Shown in pieces: positions 49,586 through 58,868 of a DNA stretch of 64,000 bases. This DNA is from Candidatus Bathyarchaeota archaeon. Lineage in GTDB: Archaea > Thermoproteota > Bathyarchaeia > 40CM-2-53-6. A program made the position numbers and the translations under genes. Under the pieces are notes generated by a model. It was not told the DNA's origin and searched no databases. It saw only the letters and a program-made list of their open reading frames with translations. Where the stretch lies: assembly GCA_963733055.1 (NCBI GenBank), contig CAVTBR010000001.1, forward strand, positions 704,001 to 768,000, in the 5' to 3' direction. Every line of letters begins with the position of its first letter. Position 1 is the first letter of the stretch.

Positions 49586-50550
49586 CCATACTTCGACAGA
49601 ATCTTGGACAGTAGTTTAAGAGAGATATTTCCCCCACTCACAACCACCACGATCTCAGAACCTGGTCTGAAATCGGTTTTCTGCACGAGAGCGGCGACGG
49701 CCGCTGCTGCCGACGGTTCAATGACCAGATGACACTCTCGCATGACAGTGAAAACGGCTTTTTCGATCTCCTCTTCACGCACCAGAAGAATTTCATCCAC
49801 GTAACGCTTTGCGCATTCGAACGTGAGCACCCCTGGTTCGCGCGTTGCTAAACCATCCGCGATGGAGGTTGTGTCTGTTAGCCGAGTAATCTTCCCGTCC
49901 TTGATTGAACGGTACATCGACGAAGCCTTCTCAGGCTCCACCCCGAAGACCTTCGTTTCCGGCGTCAAGCTCTTCAATGCTGTAGCGATTCCGGAAATGA
50001 GTCCGCCCCCACCAATAGGGACAATAACCGCATTTACGGTCGGCAAGTCCTGATGGATTTCCAGTCCAATGGTTCCCTGTCCCGCAATTATCTCCGGATC
50101 GTCGAAGGGCGGAATAAGAACGCCTCCCGTCCTTTTCTGAATCTCAAATGCCTTCTCGTAGCGCTCATCGTGAAACAGTCCATGCTTGATAACTGTCCCC
50201 CCGTACTCTTCAATCGCCTTTACCTTCTCTTCTACCGCAGTAGTTGGCACCACTATCGTTGCCTTGGTTCCCGTCAATTTTGCGAGATATGAAACTGCAA
50301 GCCCATGATTCCCGGATGAGGCCGCGACGAGCCCTCGTTTCCGTTCCTCTTCGGAAAGTTTCAGGATCTTATTTGCCGCGCCTCGGACTTTGAAGACCCG
50401 TGTTGGTTGATACGACTCGAGTTTCAGGTATACCTTTGCGCCGGTGAGATTGCTAAGACCCGGAGAATGGTACAAAGGGGTCTTGTATGCTACGCCCGCG
50501 ATTCTACGGCTGGCGTCTTTAATCGCGTCTAGATTGACTAAGTCCCTCAT
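49582..50550 (-). CDS. ilvA: Threonine/serine dehydratase (short PLP-dependent form)
   Basis: KLESYQPTRVFKVRGA, ASSGNHG, PIGGGGL, SIADGL, SGGN. Confidence 0.88.
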   Translation of the reverse strand: MRDLVNLDAIKDASRRIAGVAYKTPLYHSPGLSNLTGAKVYLKLESYQPTRVFKVRGAANKILKLSEEERKRGLVAASSGNHGLAVSYLAKLTGTKATIVVPTTAVEEKVKAIEEYGGTVIKHGLFHDERYEKAFEIQKRTGGVLIPPFDDPEIIAGQGTIGLEIHQDLPTVNAVIVPIGGGGLISGIATALKSLTPETKVFGVEPEKASSMYRSIKDGKITRLTDTTSIADGLATREPGVLTFECAKRYVDEILLVREEEIEKAVFTVMRECHLVIEPSAAAAVAALVQKTDFRPGSEIVVVVSGGNISLKLLSKILSKYG

Positions 50551-50602
50551 GAACCCACATTCTCAATTAGATAGCTGAGCATCACACTTACCTCGTCTTC
50601 GG

Positions 50603-50992
50603 TCAAGCGGAGACCTGGCGCGGACCCGAGAGTTTGCCGGAATAGCGTTGCACTTCGGGTTGCATAAGTAAGTACAAGATTATCAAGTCCATGACCAATG
50701 AAACGAACTCGCCCGCACGCGGCCTCACAAACAGTATGAATATGAGAACGGCTATGCCGAGAATCGCGAAGACCATGGAAGATACCCAAGCCCACCTTCT
50801 CTGACTCCACAGTCCATACGCCAAAATGAAGCAGATCATCGTGAAGACTAGTGACCCCAGATCGTTGATGATGCCAAATCTTGGAAATGCCCGCGTCTGT
50901 GGAACGAGTAGCGGTAGAAGCGCAAGTGCACCTAGCAACACGTCTAGGGCCACAAGTAGTTTAACTGTAAACGGACGGACAGACGTTGGCAA
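50603..50992 (-). CDS. Small four-helix membrane protein
   Basis: RPF.V, AYGLW...WAW, ILYLLMQPEV..Y. Confidence 0.75.
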   Translation of the reverse strand: MPTSVRPFTVKLLVALDVLLGALALLPLLVPQTRAFPRFGIINDLGSLVFTMICFILAYGLWSQRRWAWVSSMVFAILGIAVLIFILFVRPRAGEFVSLVMDLIILYLLMQPEVQRYSGKLSGPRQVSA

Positions 50993-51003
50993 TCGCTGTA
51001 GTC

Positions 51004-51138
51004 CTACTTACTTGTGCTCGGGTTTTTCTCAGTCAAACGCTGTCGTATCTTCTCAGCTAAGTTTTTCCGCTCGGTATCATCCCTCGCGGAAATCCATTGC
51101 AGTTTCAAATAGAAAATGTCTTGGTCTTTTGAGGGCAT
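51004..51138 (-). CDS. Putative 44-aa helical microprotein
   Basis: MPSKDQDIFYLKLQWISARDDTERKNLAEKIRQRLTEKNPSTSK; upstream AAAGTTATATTG and a G-rich RBS; fills the intergenic gap. Confidence 0.5.
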   Translation of the reverse strand: MPSKDQDIFYLKLQWISARDDTERKNLAEKIRQRLTEKNPSTSK

Positions 51139-51278
51139 CTTTTTCCCCCGAATTGGATGGTTTGCTTCGACTCCGCAAGAGTCTGGAAATGCGCAATATA
51201 ACTTTAGACTGCAAAACCCGTTTCCTAGCGAAGTACACTCCAGCTAGGATTTTGAGTTTCTGCGTGAGTCGAAAGGGG

Positions 51279-51716
51279 TCAGATGGTTTTGCGCATTGCC
51301 AAAGCCGTGGCACAGCACGCTCCGAACTCTTGCGACTCTTTAACCACCTCATCGATGCTATTTCGGTCCGTTATAGTGAATCCGAGTTTCTCGAAATATT
51401 TGGATGCGTTCTCCGTCAGCAGGTAAACGTCGCGGACTCCATTTTGCCTGGCGTTTGACAGGGCGGCATTGACCAATGCTTTGCCGTATCCCATTCCTCT
51501 AGAGCTCTCGTCAACGGCAACCGAACGAAGTAATGCACACTGGCCGTACAGTTCAACCCCTGCGATTCCGTACCAGACGCCCTTCGCATCTGTTGCGATA
51601 AGAAAGTTCGAGTAGCAACTTTCGACTCCAATCGTTGGTAAACCGTTACCGTTTAGGAAGCTTACAATGTGTTGAAGATCAGTTGCTTCGGCCGCCCTAA
51701 TTTGGAATCCCGGCAA
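51279..51716 (-). CDS. arsN2: ArsN2-like N-acetyltransferase
   Basis: GLPT.G, ALLRSVAV...RGMGYG, YLLTENA..YF, SQEF...C..A..M. Confidence 0.8.
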   Translation of the reverse strand: MPGFQIRAAEATDLQHIVSFLNGNGLPTIGVESCYSNFLIATDAKGVWYGIAGVELYGQCALLRSVAVDESSRGMGYGKALVNAALSNARQNGVRDVYLLTENASKYFEKLGFTITDRNSIDEVVKESQEFGACCATALAMRKTI

Positions 51717-51734
51717 GTCTGTTCCCCGTTCTCT

Positions 51735-52895
51735 TCAGGTAACCGTGATCGAGGTTTCGATGTTCCGCTTTTCTAGTTCGGAAAGCATTCCGTCGGGGGG
51801 AACGCAGGCCTCGGGAGCAAACACCCCTTTCTTTGTTATTGCTCCCGTCATTATCATCTGAGCAACAATAGACGCACCTATACCGGTCAAAAGCGCGGTC
51901 GCATTCTTCACTCCAAATACTGGATCCGGTTTCCCTACAACGTCACAGGTAACAATCCGACTTTTTCCTTCTTTCATGCCCTCAACCATCGTTCTTAGGG
52001 CAACACACCTTTCTGGTTCCTCACTGCTAGAACGCGATTGAAGATAGGCCACGGCGAAGTCGCGAGGTGAAACCTTCGCTCCCTTCACTTCGATGGGAAC
52101 AGGATCGTCTAAACCCGCGTCAATCATGGGCCTAATGGCTTTGAACAGTTTCGGAGACACACCAAGCTTGAAGTCCACATCTGTAACTTGCTTGAAATTC
52201 AGCGGCAGCGTTGCGATTTCGGAATGGATGGAGTAGTGGCAAATGTTCCTACCAACCGGTTCGTTAAACTCCACCACCTCATCTCCAGATAAGGGAGCGA
52301 CCTCCTGAAATTTCGAATCGACGTACATTACCGGCGTCTTAGAATACTCGTCGAATATTGTCGAAACGGCAAACGGAAAGCCCAACCTGTCCCCTACTGA
52401 TCCACCTCGCGCTTCAACCCCTCCAACGCGGATTCTAATCTTCCTAACGCTATCCAATCTCTTTGCGCATAGGGCGACCATTACGTTAGTGATTCCTGGG
52501 CTTTCTCCTCCACCTAGAACGGCGGTGATGCCTGCGTTCTCAGCATTCTGATGTAGCTCCATTTGTTTTCGCGTCATGTGAAAAAGGCCCCCAAGGTCAT
52601 TATAGTGAACCTTTGCCCGAATCGCGGCTTTCATCACGTCGAGATTGTGTTCGTACCACACGGCGTTGATCAAGATCTGGGATTCGCTAAGTTTCTCAGC
52701 CAGTTTGGCTTGATCGGTCGCGTCAACTTTCACCGTTCTAATTTTGTTAGATGCAATAGCGCTCCTGGCATGCTCAGCTCTGGTAATGTCAACATCGCCA
52801 ATGATTACTTCGTCGACTACGCCTGATCTACAGAGGTCGCGGACGGCGACCTCTCCCATTCGTCCTCCCCCAAGTACGAATACGGAATTCGACAT
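51735..52895 (-). CDS. Saccharopine dehydrogenase / lysine 6-dehydrogenase-family oxidoreductase
   Basis: LGGGRMG, HYNDLGG, GESPGITNV, HSEIATLP, GVFAPE. Confidence 0.85.
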   Translation of the reverse strand: MSNSVFVLGGGRMGEVAVRDLCRSGVVDEVIIGDVDITRAEHARSAIASNKIRTVKVDATDQAKLAEKLSESQILINAVWYEHNLDVMKAAIRAKVHYNDLGGLFHMTRKQMELHQNAENAGITAVLGGGESPGITNVMVALCAKRLDSVRKIRIRVGGVEARGGSVGDRLGFPFAVSTIFDEYSKTPVMYVDSKFQEVAPLSGDEVVEFNEPVGRNICHYSIHSEIATLPLNFKQVTDVDFKLGVSPKLFKAIRPMIDAGLDDPVPIEVKGAKVSPRDFAVAYLQSRSSSEEPERCVALRTMVEGMKEGKSRIVTCDVVGKPDPVFGVKNATALLTGIGASIVAQMIMTGAITKKGVFAPEACVPPDGMLSELEKRNIETSITVT

Positions 52896-52946
52896 ACGAG
52901 CCGCAGCTCTCCTACGGTTGGATTGGGCGGCGGTGGTTAGGTCAGA

Positions 52947-54605
52947 TCATTCGGGCGGTATCTGTTGAAAGGCTTTCTCGAAAGGTAAGCCTTCACGTTT
53001 TCTGAAGACCTTCGCTACGTAGAACCACGCTAGGCAAATTACGAATAGGGCTATCACTCCCCCTAAGAATGGGAAGTAGAGATTTGCAGCTAAAGTGCCC
53101 GCTCCGAAGTAGAACACATAGTTGTATGAATAGTATCCAATCGTAATGAGTGAGTAAGCTAGAGCGATTATCCCCAGCCAAGAGAGGATCGGGATCTTGG
53201 CGATCTTTTTCTTGATCGGACAGGCTGTGTCGTAAAGTTCCTTACGCGTGTAGGGGAACACTATCGCGGAGATTGAGGCCAATACAAACGTAACGCCCAC
53301 TGCTGCTAGCCCAGCGTATGAGTAGAGTAGAAAAGCGTAGTTTGAAGTTGAGGGCCCTACGACGCCACTCAGGAACGCGAGGAAAACTTCGCCTCCAACA
53401 GCTGCGACTAGGATTGTGTTGGTTGGAGTATGGAATCGTTCGTTAATGTTTGTGAATAGGCTAGGGGCGAGTCGATCGAAGGAGTAGGAAAACACGATTC
53501 TAGACATCAAGAGCATACATTGGGGCGTAACCAGGATAAATCCAGCAATTACTCCAATTCCGATAAACCAGACGAGAAGCGGGTTATTTGCTAGCAACGA
53601 AGCGAAAAGAGTGAGGTTAGGTATGACCGGTAGGGGGTTCGTAACGTACCCGAAAGCGTAGTACCCCGCACCGGTTAGAAATTCTGGCCCCAAATTGTTG
53701 TAGGCTAATCCGAGGACGGCCGCGGTAGTGATGAATATAATTGCGAAACTACCAAACAACGCTGTCTTCGCGCTAGACCTAGCGCTCTTGAGTTCACCAG
53801 CTAAGTAATTTGAAACATATACCCAGAACAGAACAGTGAACCAGAGAGGCACCAAGGTGAAGGTCGACATAATATCCGTTGGAACCGAACCTCCCCAGTA
53901 CGACGTGCCGGTGGCGGTAAAGTTCGCATAGGCACCTTCACTCATTGACACACCTTGTGAAGTAGCGTAGTTGTTGAATACTGTAGCAAAGGAGGTGGGA
54001 TTGGTACTGGCCAATAAGGCAACGATTATCACGATAGCTGCTATCGCTATTATCATGCAGACGTTCTGAATTCGAAAGTATAACTTTGTACTGAACATAA
54101 CGATCAAAGTGAAAATGATGATGGCAACGGTGCCTACCAGGAAGGTGGTCAAAGGTGTGAAGGTTCCCGCGGCATTAGTAGCCCACTGCTGTCCAGTCAA
54201 AGACCCATACACGCTTAGAGTCTGGGCAAGTCCTTGGCTTGAGAAAACGTCCGCTGCATCACCAATCCAGAACCAGAGGAAGAAAGTGTAACCCGCAAAG
54301 TTGGCTGCAAGACCAACTGCCGGGTGGATGATTCGGCTAATGAAAACGTAATCTCCCCCAGATCTAGGCATGCTCACTTGGAAAATGTAATACACGCCGA
54401 GCAATGCGAGGATTCCAGGTGCAGTGAGCACTAGGCTAGCGAGCACATTACCGCCGTAAAGTGGGGCGTATTCCAGCGCGTAGATTATCGACCAAGCTCC
54501 CCCGAAAGAGACTATGTTGAGAAAGAGCATATCCCACGCGGACATGGATCGAACGAGTCCGGTTGCTTCCCTAACAAAAACGGCAGGCTTTGACATCAGA
54601 TTCAC
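52947..54605 (-). CDS. APC-family amino-acid/polyamine permease
   Basis: FVREATGLVR, MPRSGGDYVFISR, YLAGELK, SRIVFSYSFDR, F.QIPPE. Confidence 0.92.
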   Translation of the reverse strand: MNLMSKPAVFVREATGLVRSMSAWDMLFLNIVSFGGAWSIIYALEYAPLYGGNVLASLVLTAPGILALLGVYYIFQVSMPRSGGDYVFISRIIHPAVGLAANFAGYTFFLWFWIGDAADVFSSQGLAQTLSVYGSLTGQQWATNAAGTFTPLTTFLVGTVAIIIFTLIVMFSTKLYFRIQNVCMIIAIAAIVIIVALLASTNPTSFATVFNNYATSQGVSMSEGAYANFTATGTSYWGGSVPTDIMSTFTLVPLWFTVLFWVYVSNYLAGELKSARSSAKTALFGSFAIIFITTAAVLGLAYNNLGPEFLTGAGYYAFGYVTNPLPVIPNLTLFASLLANNPLLVWFIGIGVIAGFILVTPQCMLLMSRIVFSYSFDRLAPSLFTNINERFHTPTNTILVAAVGGEVFLAFLSGVVGPSTSNYAFLLYSYAGLAAVGVTFVLASISAIVFPYTRKELYDTACPIKKKIAKIPILSWLGIIALAYSLITIGYYSYNYVFYFGAGTLAANLYFPFLGGVIALFVICLAWFYVAKVFRKREGLPFEKAFQQIPPE

Positions 54606-54688
54606 GCTTTTGACGATTGCAAATATCGGTTTTCATTGGTTAAAAGACTTAGCAATGTATATTCCAAAAGTAGAGTGACCGTGTTTGT

Positions 54689-55618
54689 TCAACAGTTGAA
54701 AGTCCTAGTATCTGTCGACGCGATTCCGGCAAGTTTGGACCCGTCGGGGGCCCAGGACACACGGCTGAAGAAGAATTCGTTGCTGCTGTAAAGCGAAGTG
54801 AACCTTTCCCCGTCCCATAAGATGAGTTGACCGTTCCCCGTTCCTACTTGCGTTGTTGCTGTGGCGATGGCTGCGGCCTTACCCTTCGGATCCCATCTTA
54901 CGGCAACCGGGTAGACCCTGCTGTTTTCGAATTTGATGGGTGACAATGTGTTTTCTTGGAATTTCGCGATTAGTCCATTGTGCCAAACGACATCATACCC
55001 AACCACTAAAGCGTAAGCATCATCTGGCTTCGAATCGATACCGATTAGGTCTGAGCGCCCTTCGTTGGCGCCTCTCAGAACGTTTGATTTTGTTTCGTAA
55101 GTGAAGAGGTTGGGGGAAGGGATGAATTCTTCAGCGAAGCAGTTGGAGGCTACGAGTGCTTGATCAGAGGAGTGTCGCCAAGAGATATCACGGAGATTTG
55201 CTCTGCCATTGTCAATCGTTTCTATGTGGTTGTCGTAGTATTTCATTAATGCCCCGTTGTTTCCAGCGATCACTGCTAGATCGCCTTTCGGATTCCAGGC
55301 TACGGTACGAAGATTTTCGTTAGTTAAGGTGCTTAACTTTCTGAAATTTCCATCCTCATCAAGCAGTAGGGCCGTACCCGCATTTCCCACTATCAAGGCT
55401 GAGTCGTTGGTTGGGTTTACTGATATTGCGCGGAGGTTGTGCTTGGTGTTTGGATTGAGTCTGTGTATTTCGCCCTCCCGGATTCTTATGACCTTTCCCC
55501 CGTTGCCTACGAGTAATAAGTCAGGACCGTGTCTGTCCAAAGCCAATGCGCGAAAATTTGTCCGGAATAGCCTTGTCTCTATCCTGTTGCCATCGTAAAG
55601 GACTAAAATTGACGACAA
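54689..55618 (-). CDS. WD40-like beta-propeller protein
   Basis: Repeated NLR.(I/V).W.P....ALIVGN.G units. Confidence 0.8.
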   Translation of the reverse strand: MSSILVLYDGNRIETRLFRTNFRALALDRHGPDLLLVGNGGKVIRIREGEIHRLNPNTKHNLRAISVNPTNDSALIVGNAGTALLLDEDGNFRKLSTLTNENLRTVAWNPKGDLAVIAGNNGALMKYYDNHIETIDNGRANLRDISWRHSSDQALVASNCFAEEFIPSPNLFTYETKSNVLRGANEGRSDLIGIDSKPDDAYALVVGYDVVWHNGLIAKFQENTLSPIKFENSRVYPVAVRWDPKGKAAAIATATTQVGTGNGQLILWDGERFTSLYSSNEFFFSRVSWAPDGSKLAGIASTDTRTFNC

Positions 55619-55720
55619 TCAGCGAACTTCCTTGATTCTGTCTCGTCCGTGACCCCGTTTATGGTTGACTCAAAAAGTAGATTTGAGTGTTCTATTAACA
55701 TTGGAAACTTCGGGTAGTCG

Positions 55721-56062
55721 TTGATGAGAGACGGTGGAAAGCGGACTTCAAGGGTAGGAGTGTACTCTGAGCGTCCAATCAGAAATGAGAAGGATCTGTT
55801 AGACTTCATCGAAGCCTTAGATGAGGACGAAGGAGTGCGTGCAGACGGGAATCTGGAGAATCATGTAAACGGAGGTTTCGTCTTTGTGGGCATCTTCAGG
55901 GGCAGTTACTGTGTGAATATCTGCGATAAATTGTGGAATCCCAAGTTACGGAAGCATGTTGCTGGAGGAAAGGATGAATGGTATTATTTCGATACCGGGA
56001 AGGAAGCATTTCGCTTCGTCCTCAAGGAAGCGAGGCATCCGCTTCGTGCTTGGCTCTATTAG
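55721..56062 (+). CDS. Hypothetical protein
   Basis: 113-aa ORF filling the gap between convergent genes. Confidence 0.65.
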   Translation: MMRDGGKRTSRVGVYSERPIRNEKDLLDFIEALDEDEGVRADGNLENHVNGGFVFVGIFRGSYCVNICDKLWNPKLRKHVAGGKDEWYYFDTGKEAFRFVLKEARHPLRAWLY

Positions 56063-56069
56063 GTTGGAT

Positions 56070-57285
56070 CTAGGTGAGTAGGCCAAGCACCCCTGCCAGA
56101 CTTCGAAATGTTTTTTCGAACTCTGTTTTCGTTCCTTGATTGAGAGTCGGACCGACTCTTGCGAGCTCGTCAGCGAATTCTGTTAGGACGTTCAGTGCTC
56201 CGGGTGTATCGAAGTCATTGTTCATATGGCGTGTGAATGCTGACTTGTATCTGACCAGTTTTGCGGGCGGGTTTCTCGCCTTTAGATCCGCGGCGGGTTT
56301 TGCGTCTAAGAATGAGTTGAAATTTTTCAAGAGACGATCGAGCTTACGTTTGGTCTTGATCAATCCGCTGTTTGAAAATACCATAGGTTGCCTGTAATGT
56401 ACCGATTCAAAGTAGAATCTGATTTCCGGTGCGGTGTGATCTCGGAGGGCGTCCCGAATACGGATTACGTTACCCAATGATTTACTCATCTTACGACCCG
56501 CTACGTTCAACAAACCCGTGTGGAGCCAGTAACGCACAAACGGGATCTTCCCGGTCAGGGCTTCTGCCTGCGCGATCTCAGCTTCATGGTGTGGAAAAAT
56601 CAGTTCTGAGGCACCACCATGGATGTCATAGCTATTTCCGAATTGCCCCATCGATACGGCTGTGTCCTCAATGTGCCATCCCGGCCTGCCTCGTCCCCAA
56701 GGCGAATCCCAAGCGAGTCCTTTCTCATACTTTCTCCACAATGAGAAATCCTCGGGCTTTCGCTTCGAAGAACATAGTTCAAGCCTTCGCAAGCCCAGTT
56801 CTTCGTGGGTTAGGCCGGAGAGTTGGCCAAATGTGGGGAACTTGTCGACCTCGAAGTAGACGCCGGTCTCTGTTTCGTATGCTATTCCCCTGTCGATTAG
56901 GCCGGTTACTTGCGCGATCATTTTCGGAATAGCTTCGGAAGCTCTTTCGAACCGATCAACCTGTGTTACTCCAAGAGACTCCATGTCTTCCAAAAATGCG
57001 CGTTCGTATTCTCGGGCGAGGTCGAGAGGGTCTCGTTTTAGCTGCTCGGCTCGTTGAACGACTCGCTCAGCTACATCTGTGATATTCATGAGGTATTGGA
57101 TTCTGTAACCCAAGAACTTCAGGTAACGAGTAATCGTATCAAAGGCAAGATATGTTCTAGCGTGCCCCAAGTGAGGGAAGTCGTACACAGTGGGCCCACA
57201 CACGAACATCTTGACTTGCGCAGTCTGGGGATACGGTGAATAGTTCCTTCCTGCGGGTAAGCGAATTGTAAACTTTGAGTTGCAT
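56070..57285 (-). CDS. cysS: Cysteinyl-tRNA synthetase-like protein, short atypical form; apparent frameshift near 57220
   Basis: MQLKVYNSLTRRKE.. from ATG 57285, then VKMFVCGPTVYD, HLGH, GRPGWHIED, FPHHE, KMSKS and the DFDTP (DALR) domain. Confidence 0.85.
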
Positions 57286-57475
57286 CGTCTGCTCCCATCT
57301 CCAGCATAGGTAGTGCCGTTAATCAGTTCCGTAATCTCCCAGACCGCTGTCTTAGATGCAGTATAAACTTCTCAGCGGCAATACCGTCATGAACAAGCTA
57401 TAGTCGACGCGGTCCTCCTATGTCACCGAAAATGGGCGAATTTACCGGAGAGGCGTGGATTTGGAACGTTTACGG

Positions 57476-57712
57476 CTACGTTGACTGTTTTTTCGCTTTG
57501 CTCTGGACAATGTAGTAGTTTTCGTCCACGTCAATCTCCAAGTCTGGCACGAAGGCTAAGATGAATTCGATTAATTCATCCATGCTTCGCTTGCGTCTCT
57601 CTTTCAACTGGAGAAAACCCTGTAGACTCACAAGCCGCTCGTACATATCGGAGCTGATCTTGATGCTTCTGCTTAACCGCCTCTTCTTGCCGGGTTCAAA
57701 TGTTCTCGACAC
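57476..57712 (-). CDS. Small ribbon-helix-helix-like DNA-binding protein
   Basis: RSIKISSDMYERL...SMDELIEFIL (beta-alpha-alpha). GTG 57712 after CGGAG is preferred over TTG 57766. Confidence 0.7.
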   Translation of the reverse strand: MSRTFEPGKKRRLSRSIKISSDMYERLVSLQGFLQLKERRKRSMDELIEFILAFVPDLEIDVDENYYIVQSKAKKQST

Positions 57713-57723
57713 TAAGTATCTCC

Positions 57724-57779
57724 GGTAGAAATGTAGAACATTCGGGCTTTTTACCTTTTTCTCCAAGCCGCGTTATATA
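57724..57779 (+). promoter_or_regulatory. Conserved promoter/operator block of micropeptide copy 2
   Basis: GGTAGAAAT-n3-GAACATT...TTACCTTTTTCTCCAAGCCGCGTTATATA; contains the palindrome AATGT-AGA-ACATT. Confidence 0.7.
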
Positions 57780-57844
57780 CAAGATTCATGCCCGCTCCCA
57801 GTAACCTGGTAATGCAACACCAGAAAACAGGGAGGTGAGTTGAG

Positions 57845-57925
57845 ATGGCGAAGAAACGTAAGGTTAAGATGAGTTTAGGTAAGGAGCACGACAAGAACGT
57901 TAGACAAGAGGAAATGGTAGCATAA
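57845..57925 (+). CDS. 26-aa micropeptide, copy 2 (MAKKRKVKMSLGKEHDKNVRQEEMVA)
   Basis: ATG 7 nt after GGAGGTG (57831-57837); 78 of 81 nt identical to 44509..44589, all differences silent. Confidence 0.8.
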   Translation: MAKKRKVKMSLGKEHDKNVRQEEMVA

Positions 57926-57997
57926 GCCCACTAGTTGGGCTCCGTTTCCGGATCAAGCCCCCGTTCTAACTTTTTCTGTCTATCTTTTCGTTTTTTC
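57925..57997 (+). terminator. Hairpin plus T-tracts after micropeptide copy 2
   Basis: AGCCCA-CTAGT-TGGGCT followed by TTTTTCT...TTTTCGTTTTTT. Confidence 0.55.
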
Positions 57998-58090
57998 GAT
58001 GCGAACTGCTTTTCTTCTGTCGGTTTGAGTACAGATAGAGTCTTAAGCAAACTACCGCATAAAATGGCGAACACGCGTAGTGTTCATCTT

Positions 58091-58861
58091 ATGTTGGAAT
58101 TAATCCCGGGCCATATATCGCAAGCGATACTACTCATTGTCGTGTTGATTGCGATTTACGAAGTATCAAGGGTCGCGTCGAAAAGGAAGCTGAAAACGCG
58201 GGGCATCCCTGGACTGGAGAGGATTGATGAATGGATTAAGGAAGCAGCAAAACTCAAGCGAAGCGTATTCTTCACGCCCGGAACGGGCAGTGTCACCTCA
58301 CCGGACACGCTCGCGGCACTCGCCCTTCTCCAATATGTTGCAAAACACTGTGTTGAACATGACGCCCGGATCTTAGTTGCAAACTCCGATCCCCAAGTGC
58401 AACAGGTTACGGAGGATATCGTGAAAAGTGCATACGCTAAAGCGGGCAGAGAAAAAGAATTCAGCACGGACATGGTGCGGTACGTATCCACTCGGCAGTT
58501 CGCATATGCAGCAGGTGTTATGGGAATTCTACGCCGCGAAAAACCCGCCGTCAACTTTTTCGTTGGCGACTTTCAGGCGGAAGCGTTGCAACTCGCCGAG
58601 ACTGGAAGAAGCGAAGCGCTTTACCAGTTCGGGGGCACAACAAACACCGACCAACTACCATTCTTCATGACAACTTGCGATCAAACCCTAATCGGAGAGG
58701 AGCTATACACAGCACAAGGATACCTTTCCTCGGATCCTGAAGCCGTTTCCCGCCTCGTCGGACCCGACGCAGGAAAGATCCTCGCGATTCTCCTCATTCT
58801 AGCTGGCGCGCTTCTCATAACTTTCGGTAACTCGATCCTGATCGCCTTGATGGAGTTCTGA
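58091..58861 (+). CDS. DUF6754-like membrane-anchored protein
   Basis: TM helix + RGIPGLERIDE, QFAYAAGV, AEALQLAETG, QLPFF..TCD..LIGEELY.A..YLS + C-terminal TM. ATG 58091 preferred. Confidence 0.8.
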   Translation: MLELIPGHISQAILLIVVLIAIYEVSRVASKRKLKTRGIPGLERIDEWIKEAAKLKRSVFFTPGTGSVTSPDTLAALALLQYVAKHCVEHDARILVANSDPQVQQVTEDIVKSAYAKAGREKEFSTDMVRYVSTRQFAYAAGVMGILRREKPAVNFFVGDFQAEALQLAETGRSEALYQFGGTTNTDQLPFFMTTCDQTLIGEELYTAQGYLSSDPEAVSRLVGPDAGKILAILLILAGALLITFGNSILIALMEF

Positions 58862-58868
58862 GGCACCA

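Noticed and set aside
3129-57285. Genuine pseudogenisation or Sec/Pyl read-through for the split genes
   Set aside because: The breaks are 1-2 nt frame changes with otherwise intact sequence, one of them in cysS. They are not in-frame TGA/TAG, so sequencing indels are the simpler explanation.
44509-57925. The 81-nt duplication as direct repeats bounding a 13-kb mobile element or as a CRISPR remnant
   Set aside because: The enclosed genes are ordinary metabolic or housekeeping genes with no recombinase. Identity coincides with an ORF and differences are silent. There are only two copies and no spacer periodicity.
57935-58090. N-terminal extension of the DUF6754-like ORF given in the ORF track
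   Set aside because: It runs through the terminator T-tracts and likely promoter; ATG 58091 (or 58064) is more plausible.
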